A stretch of DNA of 63,804 nt, counting the filler, from Hyphochytrium catenoides (Eukaryota > Protista > Hyphochytriomycota): the NCBI GenBank assembly GCA_900088475.1. It is 9 parts of 9 records of this genome, joined end to end, with 100 filler letters (N's around TTAATTAATTAA, not from the genome) between each part and the next. Parts side by side here need not be neighbours in the genome. Positions count along the whole stretch, not along the records: positions 39,604 to 55,974 come from FLMG01001569.1; positions 56,075 to 60,689 come from FLMG01000884.1; positions 60,790 to 62,696 come from FLMG01001128.1; 6 more parts are not named here. One strand, given 5' to 3'. Both the position numbers and the translations under genes were made by a program. Shown piece after piece: positions 49,501 through 62,327 of this stretch; within the stretch, counting starts at the first letter, position 1; each line of letters opens with the position of its first letter. The notes under the pieces are model-generated. The model was not told the DNA's origin. It made no database searches and saw only the letters and a list, made by a program, of their open reading frames with translations.

Positions 49501-49700
49501 AGGGAAGAAAGAGGTTCCAGCTAGTGTCTTGGAACTCTCTCAAACTTCTTTCCGCGATCTTGTTGCTCTGTTTAGAGTAGTCGTCTTCTGACCCTGCTGC
49601 TGCTTCCTCCGGCCCAACTCCGTCTCGCTCTAGATTCCTCTCTCCATCCCTGCAGAAGAGCACATATTATGGCGTTCGTTCATTGGGGTCTTCTATTGAT
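46550..49700 (-). pseudogene. Possible decayed membrane-protein gene
   Basis: Succession of hydrophobic, protein-like fragments (e.g. VPLLVALMAVEAALLALRTF, VGVLWLSLACFNLCAAWATFVVG, MIIQMIPSWLYFDIPP) broken by stops and frame changes. No family recognised. Confidence 0.3.
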
Positions 49701-50319
49701 GAGCGGAATTCTCCCATGATGATCTAGAGGCCCCTCGAAGGTTAGTCGCAGGGAGCTGAAACAAAAATCAGAACATTAAGGGTTCATCATCGGCAGAGTA
49801 CCTGTGCTATACTGATAACTCGCTTCTGCGTGGCATTAAGCCTTTCCAAAAGTATTCTATGATTGCGAAGAATGTCTCTGCGGCTCCGCGGAGCCAAGAG
49901 CCTAAGAGCGGGAGCACTACGGGGGTGTAATATGAGAGTCTGATGCAGATCTCGAGAGAGTGAGAGAGAGAGAGAAAAAAAGGTGCTCTGTCTGTACCTT
50001 GGCTGGCCAGGCCGCAGTTCAGATAAGCACCACGCAAAGGAAGACTTCGCGGGAACACACGCAAGTAGCAAAGGGTCTTCTACTCCAGAAAGAAGTTTAT
50101 TAACTGAGATATAGAGGGTGAGAGGGAGCCTCTCTTGCAAGAGAGTCAGTCTACCTGAATGCAAAGATAAAAGAGTAACTTGCAAGAGAGGTAGTGTCAA
50201 CAGGCTATTCTAATAAGATCAAAAGAGAAAGAGAGAAGAAAGGGAAAAGGAAGAGAGCATCCTTCGTCACAGCCATTCGTTGCTGACTCTAGTCGGGACT
50301 ACCCGTCCTGAGAGTACTC

Positions 50320-51245
50320 TCAAAACTCAGCTGGTTAGCAGCCGTCTGAGGAGATATACATATAACAGGCACCGCCAGAACCAAGGTAGGCCGGGATCGC
50401 TAAGGAAGCGGCAGACGCAAGGCCCAGGCCACCCAAGCGGACGGGAAGGATAGCTTGTTGCCAAACCAGGTCCGATACCGAAGGAAGACCCAACAATCGA
50501 GCAAGGAAGCCACGTAGGCGGATAGCAAACAACTGAGAACACATAGAATCCAACTGAAAAGGAGGACAACCACGTAGCAAATGATTGATCTTGGCAAACC
50601 AAAGACAACCTCGGAAGAGACAAAGTTGGATCTGAGGAGAGGACACAAGACTGAGCTTGGCGTCTACTTCATCTAAACGAGAGAGGACAGAGGAGGCATA
50701 AGAGGAGACAAACGGGCAGAACCAATGGGTATACCTAAAAGTTCCACACCATCTACTCCCACTAGACGAGAGACCGCCGCAGGAAAAGCGGGAAGACGCG
50801 CAACAAGATCCATACTGGGCCACCAAAGCTCACATTTGCCAAGGTTGAGCTCCAAGCCAATGCGTGGGCCACGGTCCTGAAGGATAGCCAGGGCCGCAGC
50901 GACATCATCTACAGAGCCAATAAGAGTGCCATCATCAAGGTACCACCACGTGGAGGTCCAACGAAGGAAGGGACGCAGCAATCTCAGGGACAATGGGGTG
51001 GAGGGCTAAGGCGAAGAGCAAAGGACCTAAAGGGTCGCCTTGCTGGACACCGCAAGGAACTTGCGAGCAAGTCAGAGCCATGGAACAGGTGGGACGGGGT
51101 GGAGTAGCAGTAGGTAACGCAAGGGAGAAGAGACGGAAAATGCTCGCGGACACCGTCCAAGATGGCCGAACGGTGTACCGAGTTGAACGCATTCTTGAAG
51201 TCAACCTTCAACATGACCTTATCCTCGTTGTCCCCAAAATCGGTG
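50320..51245 (-). mobile_element. Frameshifted reverse-transcriptase fragment of a CRE-like non-LTR retrotransposon
   Basis: LKVDFKNAFNSVHR, GVQQGDPLGPLLFALALHP, WYLDDGTLIG, IGLELNLGKCELW, GVELLGIPIGS and WQQAILPVRLGGLGL, spread over several frames. Confidence 0.92.
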
Positions 51246-51794
51246 TATAAAAAAAGGGTCCAGTGCGGGATTAAAATTCCTGGAAACTCTTTTTTACTAT
51301 CCAGGTGGGCTCCTTCTGCACCCTTTCTTGCTGCTTTTCACTCTTCTACTGCAATCTCTTCTTCTTCGTCTTCTCCTTCGTCTCTTATTTTTTCTCATCA
51401 TGTTACCACTGCCCCTGCTGCTGCTATAAATTCTCCACCTGCTGTCGCTCCTCCACCAGAGGAGAATCAAGGATTTTTTGTCTCGCGCATTATTGGTGAG
51501 AACGAGGAATCCGCCGCTTCTTCTCCGTCGGTATTCCCGCCGCCACACCCGCCGCCTCCATCTGAGGATCTTCACAGGCCGCCCTTGGTGGCCGGGTGAG
51601 CTCCCTCATGCTCCCTTCCTTTTTCTCCCTTTCTTCTGGCCTTCTACTCGTCTCTCTTGTTTCTCTTGGTTCTAGTGGTGCATATTACATGTTTGTCTTC
51701 CTTCCTCTTTTATTAAAACAGTAGTCGACGAGTTACTCCTTTAAATATTTTCTCGTAAATAAAGGCCATCTTTGAAAAAAACTCCACTGATTTC

Positions 51795-52400
51795 TATCAC
51801 TACTTAACCGACTAACCTAGAAGAAGAAGAAAGTAAAGAAGAAGAAAATGAAGAAGAAGTGGAAGAAGAAGAAAATGAAGAAGAAGTGGAAGAAGAAGAG
51901 AAGAAGAGCTAAGAAGCCTTAGGCTCTTCCATCGTCTCAGCTCGACCTGCTCCCTGCTCATCATCAGTAAAAGAAGAATCATAGTTGATTTTCTCAGCAA
52001 TGATGAGCGGAGAAGAAGGAGGAGGAGGAGGAGGTGAACCACCAACAATCATGTCATCACCGTCGAGCTCAGCCGTCGCGAGACAAGCAAGAGAAGGGTC
52101 CAACTATTCAGGAGGAATACGCTTCAAAATCTGAAGCGCATTTTCCTCATGAATTGCCATAGAGACTCTCGTGTGAAGGCGTAAAACCATGGCTAACCGG
52201 GACCACTGACCAAGATCGTTGCCGAGAAGCATTAAGAGCAGAGCGATCACATTGAAGTGTCACCAGATTGCTTACGCAATCAACGACACCCGGCATAGCA
52301 CCGCCAAAGGACTCCCAAACCAGTGGAACAAATTGCAGCCCTACCGCACGGCAAGGTGCCTCATACTTCTTCAGCTTTGCCTTTTCAGACAAACGACCTT
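51795..52400 (-). mobile_element. 3' end of the CRE-like element: RLE endonuclease C-terminus, acidic tail and (CTT)n 3' UTR
   Basis: EKAKLKKYEAPCRAVGLQFVPLVWESFGG, then after a frameshift HTRVSMAIHEENALQILKRIP...DDEQGAGRAETMEEPKAS*, followed by CTT repeats. Confidence 0.85.
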
Positions 52401-52697
52401 GCAATAATAAAAAAATTATAAAAGATAAAGTTTCGTTTACAGTGCCCGGGTGCAATTGCTCTTATAAATCCAACCTATATACTTTTATTGAAAAAGAGAA
52501 TATAATCCAAAGGCTTATTGTTGCGTAGATGCGCCTTACACATGGCTCATCATGGCACCTGCCATTCCTTGGCTCCTGCAGCAGCAACTCCTCTTATGAC
52601 GTCCATGTTCCTTTCTTTCGTCCATCGCAACGTCCGCACATCCTTCTTGTTGGCGTTGCCGTTAACAGGCTAGACCCTGGCATCCATGGTAGTCTGT

Positions 52698-54139
52698 CTA
52701 TGTGCACCTGCCCGCTGTAAAGCTCAACCCGTTCTTACAACCAGCATTCGCGCTGATAAAACCGCGAAAAGACGAGACTCGGGTGTACACGCTGGGAAAG
52801 ACAGTTTCGCAGTTCCCAAACCCAAAGGAGACTAATCCCACCAAGGCTGGCACAGGGCTGTCAACGAACAGTGGTCCTCCTAAACAGCGGCGGGAAAAGC
52901 GTCATCAAAGCAGCATAAACAAGTCGTTGTTAGTGGCACGTCTTCACTAGCGTAGGAATCTCAACCTAGTTCGCTGTTGGGACCTTCTTCCTCACCTGAG
53001 TCACCATAGCAAGACCCTGTTCCACTTCCGAACGTGCAGAGCATATGATTTTGAATCCAATACCACCCGCCTTCTGGTAGTCTTTGATCCCCTAGCCTGG
53101 CTCGGCAGTGGGCAGGAGGCATGTGGTTGACAGTTGTCTGGCGAAGAACAGTGTGGATTTGGGCCCAAGGAGTATCGCCCCACCTGATTGCAGAACATAG
53201 GATGGTCAGTCACGTCAGAGACTGGGGATCCCCTAGTCTCGAATAAGCGAGACATGGAGGAAGTGTTGTTTCCCGCCTGTTGCCATCATCGCCCACTGTG
53301 CACCATGTCCGGAGACTATGTCCTAGCTCCTAGGAACTGTTCCTCCTCCTACAGACGATCGATCGCCTGACATCACTCCCAAGCCGCTCCTTTCTCTTAG
53401 GAACAATATTAACGGCGCTGGTGCTGGCGCTGATACGCAGGAGAGGAGGAGCTTACTTCATACCCGATAAGCTTGTAGTTCTTGTACACAGTTGCGTTGG
53501 TGAACGTGCCAAAGTCTATCTGCGGGTAGGACGTCAACTTGGGGCCTCCCGATACTTTAAGGATGGCGATGTCATTGTTATAGGTTTCAGCGACAAAGCC
53601 AAGATGGACGCGGATGCTCGTCACTTTCATCTTGATGCCATTTTCCGTGGAATCGGACCAGTTGAAGCGGTTGCCTTCTACCGAAATGTTCTGGCAATAT
53701 TCTTGCCGAATGCAATCTGGAGAGTAAAAGAGGAAGATGGCCAAGCGCGTTAGTTGGTTAGACAAGAAGTGTCATGGTAGACCCTAAGAGATAGTTGTAG
53801 GCAAGAGGTAATGGGACTAATGATGATCTTACGGGCAGCGGTCAAGACGAGGTTGTGGCCAATGTAGGTTCCTGCGCAAAACGGCTGTTTTCCCTCATAG
53901 CATTGAGGAGACGTCAGGCCGACAATGAAGTTGCTATACTTGGTCTTATCAGGCACCACAGTGCCGCCAACAACGGAGGGCATCACGGCAAAGTCCTCCG
54001 ACTCGGCGGTAGGATTGGGATGATCCGAAAAGGCACGCTCTAAAGGTGTGCGCATCTTCTCAATCTCTGCCGCTGCAAAGCTAGAATGGGCAAGGAAAGA
54101 ACCTGCCAGAAGGAGCAGGTAAGATGTTACCGATTTCAT
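52698..54139 (-). CDS. Secreted S1 (trypsin-fold) serine protease, about 309 aa
   Basis: Exons 54139-53833, 53716-53464, 53183-52996, 52879-52698. Signal peptide, VVGG, LTAAHC (His codon split by intron 1), NDIAIL, IGWG, SCYGDSGGPL, VGLVSFG, PSVYTRVS. Confidence 0.93.
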
Positions 54140-56682
54140 CCTTGGTTGGCTATTGACCTTCCTCTCCTCGATGAACAGAAGTGGCTTAAGCAGTAGTGAT
54201 TGTTGCGATGTAGCCGACCAAGTGAGAGGTTAGCGGAAGATTGTAAAGTGAGCGTTCGATGTTAAATGGCGCCGCACTGCCTGAAACCTGAGAACGTGCC
54301 TCTCGGCGGCAGGGAGGACGGAGGATGAGTTTCCTCAGCATCTTCAAAGATCAGCTCGCTGCCACCACCCGCCAGCCACGGTACTGGCGGGGTTTACTCG
54401 GGATTTCCTGGTGTTGGGTCAGTCCGCCGGAGATCAGAGGAGGGCGGAGAGGGCGAGAAGAAGCACACCACGCGAGAGAAGAGAGAGAAGACTTGAGAAA
54501 TGAGAAGAAAAGAAGAGGGAGGAGAGGAGAGCTGCAGAAGTATCCTAGAAATGCGAGGAATGGAGGATATCGATGGCAGAAAGTGGGACTATTGGAGGGA
54601 AAATCTGTCCATCGCCCTGACGTTTGACAGAGAACAGGCTCAGGATCAGGACATTTTGCAATTTTCAGTGGCAGGGGGAGCGAGCCTCATCATCAGTTTA
54701 TAAATAGCGAGCCCGAACATGCGAGCATCTTGTAAGTGTTGGACCCTGACTGTCTATAGTTCTATACAGCTAGACAGGCTAGGTAGAGGGAGAGCCAGTT
54801 CTGCGCTTTGCTGGAAAGAGCATCTTTGATTCTGAAGTTGCGAGCCATCCTGACCCTCAGGTCTTCATCATAGAAGAGACAAATCGTGCGAGTAGGTTTG
54901 ATGCTTTTCAGGCTCTTCATTATGCAAGGGTAGAACTACTGGACTGAGAACCATGCGTATGACTTCTTTAGCCTCATAGCTCATAGCCTTGAGGCTAGTT
55001 AGATGTGTGAGCGTCGTTCACTCTTCGGGCCGCTAATCTTCCAACAATAGAACAACCCATAGCAGTAAAGGGTATAACTCTCATCACCTGAGATAAAAGT
55101 GACGAAATGTGTTTCCTGGTAGAACGTCATGTCTTCTTCTCGAAAAGCTCTCGCGTCTTCGTCGTTTCTGTCCCTTTGAAGGTTATGAAAACTTGCGACC
55201 ACCTTGCCTGATGAGGAAAAGCGTTAGTTAGAGCAGCTTGTGAAAGGTCGTTCCACTCACTGGCGTTCTTCACTCTGTTCCTCGTATGTGTAAAGTGTTG
55301 ATCGTTATTTCTTCTGGTGTTATTATGAGTGGCCTCCCTTTCATTCTTTCTCTCTCGCCTTCTCCGTCGTTCCTCCGCTCTTTCCCGTCTGCTTGCTTTT
55401 CCTTCTTTCAGCTTCTCTTTCGCCTCCCCTTTCTCATTATTAGCTCTACCAGGGCCGAGTAGAAATCTATAGAGCTAGTAGGAAAGATGCTGTATCGAAA
55501 TAAACGTGAAGCGACGAGGCACCTGTTTGGGAGGCGAATCGAAGACTCTCTCTAGGAGAACACCTCCCTCCTCTTTCTCCACGAAGTAGAAGGGCTCCTA
55601 GGGTAGGGCCTTTCAACAGTAGCTCGACTACCATGCGGCGTCTTACCCTGCGGGTCGCTTGCTTACATGGACGAGCATGCATGGCCTTGCCAAACCCTTG
55701 ACGACTCAAAGCGTCATCATGCGTGCGAGAAGGTACGCCAGTACTTTTCCTATTATATTTCAGCGCTGGGTCGTTTGACCGTGGGCGATGACGTCAGGGT
55801 CGTTATCACGTCGTTGTTCTTGGTATTGGTTGGCTAACAGGTGAAACAGTACTCCGCCATAATTCTAGGAAGAAAAACAGGCTCAGAATCAGGACAATCC
55901 GCCATCGTCATCAGAGAAAGAAGAGTCAAAATTAATAACTTCTATTTTTCCTAAAAAGTTTTCTTTTATGTTGTNNNNNNNNNNNNNNNNNNNNNNNNNN
56001 NNNNNNNNNNNNNNNNNNTTAATTAATTAANNNNNNNNNNNNNNNNNNNNNNNNNNNNNNNNNNNNNNNNNNNNATGTCCCTTATCTGTCTCTCCAACCT
56101 CCTCTATTCTCTCTTCTCCTTCTCTCTGTCTCTCCAGTTTGTTCTTTCTGTTTCCTCAATATGTCCATATGATCTTAGCCATTTCCAATTCTTTCATCTC
56201 TCTCCCTTATATCTCTTCGCTGTTTGCTTTGTCTCTCTTCTTCACTCTGTCTTTGTTTCATTGCTCTGATTGACCTAGCGGATGCTCCCATAACAGCAAG
56301 GCTGAGGGGGTGGCTAGGTATCCAGTCAAACAGAGATGGGGGGAGAACGGGTGGGACAGACGGTCCTCCATCGCTATTGCCTCTCTCTCTCTTTCTCTCT
56401 CTCTTTCTCTTTCTCTCTCTCTCTCTTTCTCTCTCTCTCCCTCTCTCTCTTTCTCTCTCTCTCCCTCCCTCTCTCTCTCTCTCCGTCTCTCTTTTCTTCC
56501 TTCGTCTCCCCACAGAGAACAGTGACCCAATCTTCCTGACCTTCTGTCCTCCCTGTTCTCTTCTTTCTCTCTCTTCCATCACTTCTTTTTTTCTTTTCTT
56601 TCTCTTGGTCGGCCTCTGGTTTGGCCTGATAAAGGCGGAGATGGCAGCACATTTGTACCACTTGGCCAGATGACGAAGCCTC

Positions 56683-56726
<44 letters not shown>

Positions 56727-56965
56727 GGCCAGAAAAGCTCCGGAAAGACCAGTCTAGAAGTCCAGAAAGAGGAAGGTGGAATGGCCCTGATTAAGAACAT
56801 TGGGAGACTAAAGAGGAGAGAGAGAGGGAAAGAAGGGCACACTGGGAAGACAAGAGAGAGATTGGGTGGCTCTTCCTCTCTTCCCACAGCGACGATGGAT
56901 CAATGACTGCGACAGCATCTAAAAGATGCATTGCGACACGTCAGCAGCAGATGAGGAGAAAAGGG

Positions 56966-57018
<53 letters not shown>

Positions 57019-59045
57019 GAAGAAAGAACTACCTTCAGGAAGATAAATGGAATAGAAGATGCTTGTTCTAGCAGGGCAGAGAGAGAGAACAACCCAGCCC
57101 AGTCGCTGCTTCTGGCAGCGATGACCAGCTCCATTCCAGAGTCATTCTACCTGCCTCTTCGTCCTGCTTCGCTCTCTCTCCTCAGTGCTGTCGCTTGATT
57201 GTTCCGTCCTTTCTCTTGAGGTTCTTTCCCTTACTGGAACGTCGGACACCGAGTCAGGGGAAGGAGAAGTCCTTTGGTTGGAAGGTTTGAGAGCTGCGTC
57301 CTATCCATCGGCTATAGCGCATCTTTGTGCAGGCCGAAGCTTCTAGAAAGAGAAGCAAGAGAACTGACAGTCTTCTCTTCATCTGCTGTGCTCTCTTCCC
57401 TTCATCTCAGCCACTTGTGAGCCCATGACAAAGGGGAGGAAACTCTTTGATCTATCCAGAAGTCGTCGTCGAGGCAGTGACATCATCAGAGGCATCATCA
57501 ACAGTTTATCTGAGGTACGTCAGTCCCTGCGGCGAGTGCTGTCTCTTCTCTTTTATCACCGCTTCTCTTCTCTCTTCTCTGCTGGTGGTACTTGTCTGGT
57601 GAGAGAAAGAGGTGGTGGTGGCGGTGCTGCTCCTGTCAATTGGCGCACACGATGCTACTGGACGTGACCTGCTTTGCTTGATCTTTTCTCTCCGGTTGAC
57701 CCCAGTCGATGTCCACAGTCTAGCCGTGCGAGAGGAAACATCTGGTGTCTCCCGCGCCAACCATTGCTCATTTGTACGCCTAGCTCTGCTGATAAATCAA
57801 TAATGAGAACAGATGTTCAAGAACTACCGCGCGACTCATCTCTGAATTTATTGCCGCTTGCCTTCCCGCCGTTGTCCCAAGAGCTTGAAATCAGAAGGTC
57901 AAGGCATTTGATTGTGCCGTCGTCTCCCTCTTTGAACGAGGGTGGCGCTCGTTCCTCGCTATGCGCTCAATGGATTTGCAGCTTGAATGCTGCCATCTGG
58001 CGCTGCGTTAGCGCCTTGGATTGATGGCTTTGCTGCCTATGTACAGCGCCATGGCCTTTATCGCTGGCTCCTACATTACGGCGCCGCTCGCCCTCGCTCT
58101 GCTTTTGTCGGACCATTGGTCTTTCTCAACCCAGCTCATCGCCCATTTTATGCAGGGAAAGGAGACTTCACGAGTTGGCTGACGTGACGATCTCACTTGC
58201 TTTGTAAGCCTTTACCTATAGGGATTGCTGCTACTACTGGGTGAACAGAAAACTGGGGAAGAAAAGAAGAGGAGGATATAAGAAGGAAAAGGAAAGGCAG
58301 TCCGCTGCGCCGTGTGGGAAGGGAAGTATGCTCTGGCATCTCGTTCCTCTCTTGCAGCTCGGCATCTGCCGATGATGGCGGCGAAAGCGGCAGCCGGCGT
58401 TAAAAAAACACCTGCCGAGAGGTCGTGATCGATGATAGAAATGAAGGCCAAGAAGAGAGAGAGGAAAAGGTCCTGCTGCTTGTGGGATATCGCTAACTAA
58501 AGATACCGGTGCCGGGCCGCTGTTGATCGTCCTTGACACTCTTAGACAACGACGTAGAGCATCCGCTTTCGTCTTCTTCCTTTTCTCTTTATCGCTCTTG
58601 GAACTAGCCGCTCTAGCCATTGGAGAAAGGTCGCCTTCCTGACTCTCTGGGAAGAGGAGAGCGGACAGACTTGTGAGAGCTGCTCCCAGCTGCCTAAACC
58701 CTGAATCGCTGTCTTTAGGGAGAAGTCAAGATCAACAGAAGAGAGAGGGAAAGAGTCTTTATAAGGACTTGTCGGCCTTCAGAAAGGGGAGAGAAAGGAA
58801 GGAGATGACGTAGACCTGAGGAGGGGGGAACCTGCTAGTTATTACATGCCAAACTAATAAATAATTATGATCGAAGGATGTGGCCCCCACTGTCCTCTTC
58901 TAGTCTATCAGCGCAAACAGAGGAAGAGAAAGAAGGAGAATCGTGTGAAGAGAGAGTGATAGGCAGAACGGAAGAGAGAGAAAGAAGAAGAAGAAGGTCC
59001 TCGAAAAGAGCCAAGCGCACATTAGAGAAAAGAAGTGAAGGGCAG

Positions 59046-62000
59046 CTATACGCGGATCCTCTTCTTCTCAACATCAGGCGAGTCCATCGCTGAGCTTATC
59101 TCTCTCTCAAGCCGCTCTAATAGCTCTTCGTCATCATCTTCTTCTTCTGCCGCCTCTCTTGGACTCGTCCTTCTTTCTGGTGGGCTGTCTCCTCTTGGTA
59201 GCACTTGCTCGCCTCTAACTTTCTGTCGCTCGGGCTCGTCGGAATGTCTCTTTCTTTTCTTGGTCTTCTCCACAAGTCCATTGCCGCTTGCTCTTCTCTC
59301 TTTTCTTCCTGCAGTTGTTCCTGTTATCTCACTCTCTAAGCTCTGGAGAAAGTCTTCGTCTGAAGAAGAAGAGGAAGCTTTCTCTGCTTCTTCTTCTTCT
59401 CCCATCGTCTTTTGCTGGTCCTGCGGCTGGGAAAGAACGTCCTCGTCATCCTTGTCTGTTCTTAGGCTGTTGGACTGGGTTCCATCGCTTCTCCTTTCAA
59501 AGCTCTTGGGTCTCTCTTTTCTTTTTAGTCCAGCCTCCGCCAGCTCTCCCTCGAGCTCTGCCAAAAAGCCGTCGTCGTCTTCTTCACCATCCTTCTCTTC
59601 TGTTGATCTATCTCTCCAGTTTGGCTCCTCAGTAACTGTGGTACTTCTTGCGCTGTCCCTTTCTGTGGCTTCTGCTCTATCACCTCGGGCATGACGTCCC
59701 TCTGTTCTCTTCTCCTTGACATGAGGGAAGGAGGAGCGTTCTGTCTTCTCTCCTCTTTTGCTAGATCCTTTCTCTCCTGCAATCTCTCCCTCAAGTTCTT
59801 GCAGGAACGCCTCATCATCATCACTGTCTTGCTCTTCTTCTTCAGATTGCCTCTGACTCTGCTGCTGACCGCTCTCCTTTTTTCGAAGGGTCGCTGCCTT
59901 GGTGCTGCCTCTGCTCTCTCTTTCTCTATCTCTCTTCATCTCCATCTCCAAGTCCATGAGATAACCTTGGTTCGATTCTTCTTCCGATTCCTCTGTGTCA
60001 TTAGCAAGCTCTGGGACTTTGTGCTGCAAGCTCTTGTTCTGTCTCTCTCCAGCCAGAGCTTTCTCTTGTGCCGCTGCCGAGCTTCTCTTTGCTTGCTCTC
60101 CTTCCTCCTGTCCTCCTCTGCCCTGTAGCTCTCCCTCAAGCTCCTGAAGGAACTCTTCATCCGATGCTTCCTCTTCATCTTCTTTCTCCTCTTTTTCAGT
60201 CTCTCTCCTTTGTTTCCTTCCTCTCAGCTCTCCTTCAAGGCCTTTAAGATCGTCATACTCTTCGGCATTCTTAGTTTCTTCCTCTGACGATGGCCTGCTC
60301 TTCTCGGAATCCGACCCTAGAAAGGGTCTAGTGGCTGCAGGAGGGTTCCTCTTCACAGTCTCAGTGAAGGGAGAAGAAGAGGGCCTGGAGGAAGAGAAGA
60401 GAGATCTAGTTGTCCGGACCTCCTCTTTCTGTCTCTCAAGCTCTGCAAGGTATCTTTCGCCATCAGACTCCTCACTAGAACTCTCAGATACCCTTTCTTT
60501 GACGATTGCGCTCCCGGTGGCCTCCGACGAAGGTTTCGGGAGACGAGAGGGAGAAGAGAATGCTAGAGGATCATCAGCCTTCCGACTCGTGGCGCTCTCC
60601 CCCTGCACCTGTTTCTCAAGCTCTCGAAGCATGTCTTCATCTGAATCTGAAGACAGATTTCCTCCATTTTCTTTCTCTTTCTGTGGCTGNNNNNNNNNNN
60701 NNNNNNNNNNNNNNNNNNNNNNNNNNNNNNNNNTTAATTAATTAANNNNNNNNNNNNNNNNNNNNNNNNNNNNNNNNNNNNNNNNNNNNTGAGGGACAAC
60801 TTCTTGAATGTCCGAGAGACTTATCTGAGACGTCCAGGGCAGGGGCAGCCGTAGCCATGGCGTTAGAGAGTCGGCAGGTGGCCACCATTTAGAGAAGACG
60901 AATTGAAAAGGTAGAGAGAGAAAGAGAGATAGCAGGCACAGGCAGAAGGCACACGCATCGTAAGTATTTGCGACCATAGACAGATTGAGAAAGAGGAAGA
61001 GAACACAGACGAGAGAAGGGAGAAGAGAAAAGATTGAGTGAGGGCGCGCTAGGAAAGGGAGAGAGAGAGAGAGAACTTGAAAGTAGCGCTATTGCAAGGG
61101 AGAAAAAGTGAGAGCTAAGGAAAAGAGAGAGAAGAGAGTGAGACTACCGCAAGAGAGAGAGAGAGTGAGAGCTACCGCAGGAGAGAGAGGAACAGACAGA
61201 CAGGTCGAGAGAGAGACAGGAACAGAGAGAAGGCGGAGGAGCACAGTCGAGAGCTGACCCTCATGGCATAGTTCTGCAGGTATAAGTTCTTGGTTCTGTC
61301 CTTAAGTGAGCGGTAATATCCCGTCAGATCCTCATCATTCAAAGCAAACCAGCGCGCTCTCCGCGGTGTGCGCATCCAGCCCGTCATATACCGCCGGTGA
61401 CCGAACAAGTCTTCCTCAACAGTGTTCGGACCGATAAAGAGAGTCTCCTCCTCTTCGTCCGAGGAGATGTCTGAGGAGCACGAGAGGAAGAGAGAAAGAT
61501 GAGAGAGAGAGACAGAGAGAGAGGAAGAGTGAGAGAGCGAAGGAGAGAAAGAAGAGAAGACGAAAAGGAAAGAGGGAAGAAAGGGACGATGTAGGAATTG
61601 GGAAAGGGAGAGGGAGAATCAGGAGGAACAGAGCAATGGAAGGGAGAGAGAGGAAAAGATGGAAAAGGATATGAGAGAAAAAGAAAGATAGGCCGAAAGA
61701 GACAGACGAGAGACAGAGAGAGGTAGTCCAAGAGAAAAGTTGTGAGAGAAGAAGGCACAGCAAAGTGCGTCTTTGAAGGGTTGCCANNNNNNNNNNNNNN
61801 NNNNNNNNNNNNNNNNNNNNNNNNNNNNNNNNNNNNNNNNNNNNNNNNNNNNNNNNNNNNNNNNNNNNNNNNNNNNNNNNNNNNNNNNNNNNNNNAGAAA
61901 GCACGACAGAGAGAGCAAGCGCGACAGAGAGAGAGAGCAAAAATAGAGAGAAGACAACGTAACATCAGAGACGATGAAAAAAAATCCATTGACGCCGATC

Positions 62001-62327
62001 TGGTGGGTAGAACAGAGACTATGGCAGTTTGTTGATGGACGAAAGTGAGAGAGAGAGAGAAGATGGGAATGACGGCAGTGAGAAGAGAGAGAGAGTCAGT
62101 GGCTTACCATCGTCTTCCTCTATGGCCGCTCCTAATCCTTCTTCTGGTGCACTCTCCCCCGCATGGAGACACTCACTGCACTCACTGGAGCCACAGCTAC
62201 TAACGCTCATCGCGTCTTCTTCCTTTCTCTCTCCTACTCCTCCGTGCAGTGTGTCTCCTCTTCCAACCTCCTTGACGGCAACCTCCTCCGGCTTTGGGCC
62301 GCCTTCAGAGCTCGGCTGTGCCCCCAT
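59046..62327 (-). CDS. PH-domain protein with a long Glu/Ser/Arg-rich region; model incomplete across two gaps
   Basis: Exons 62327-62108, 61470-61259 and 60824-gap splice in phase to MTGWMRTPRRARWFALNDEDLTGYYRS...ISLSDIQEVVP (PH-like). After the gap comes a >528-aa acidic ORF. Linkage across the gap and the 3' end are uncertain. Confidence 0.65.
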
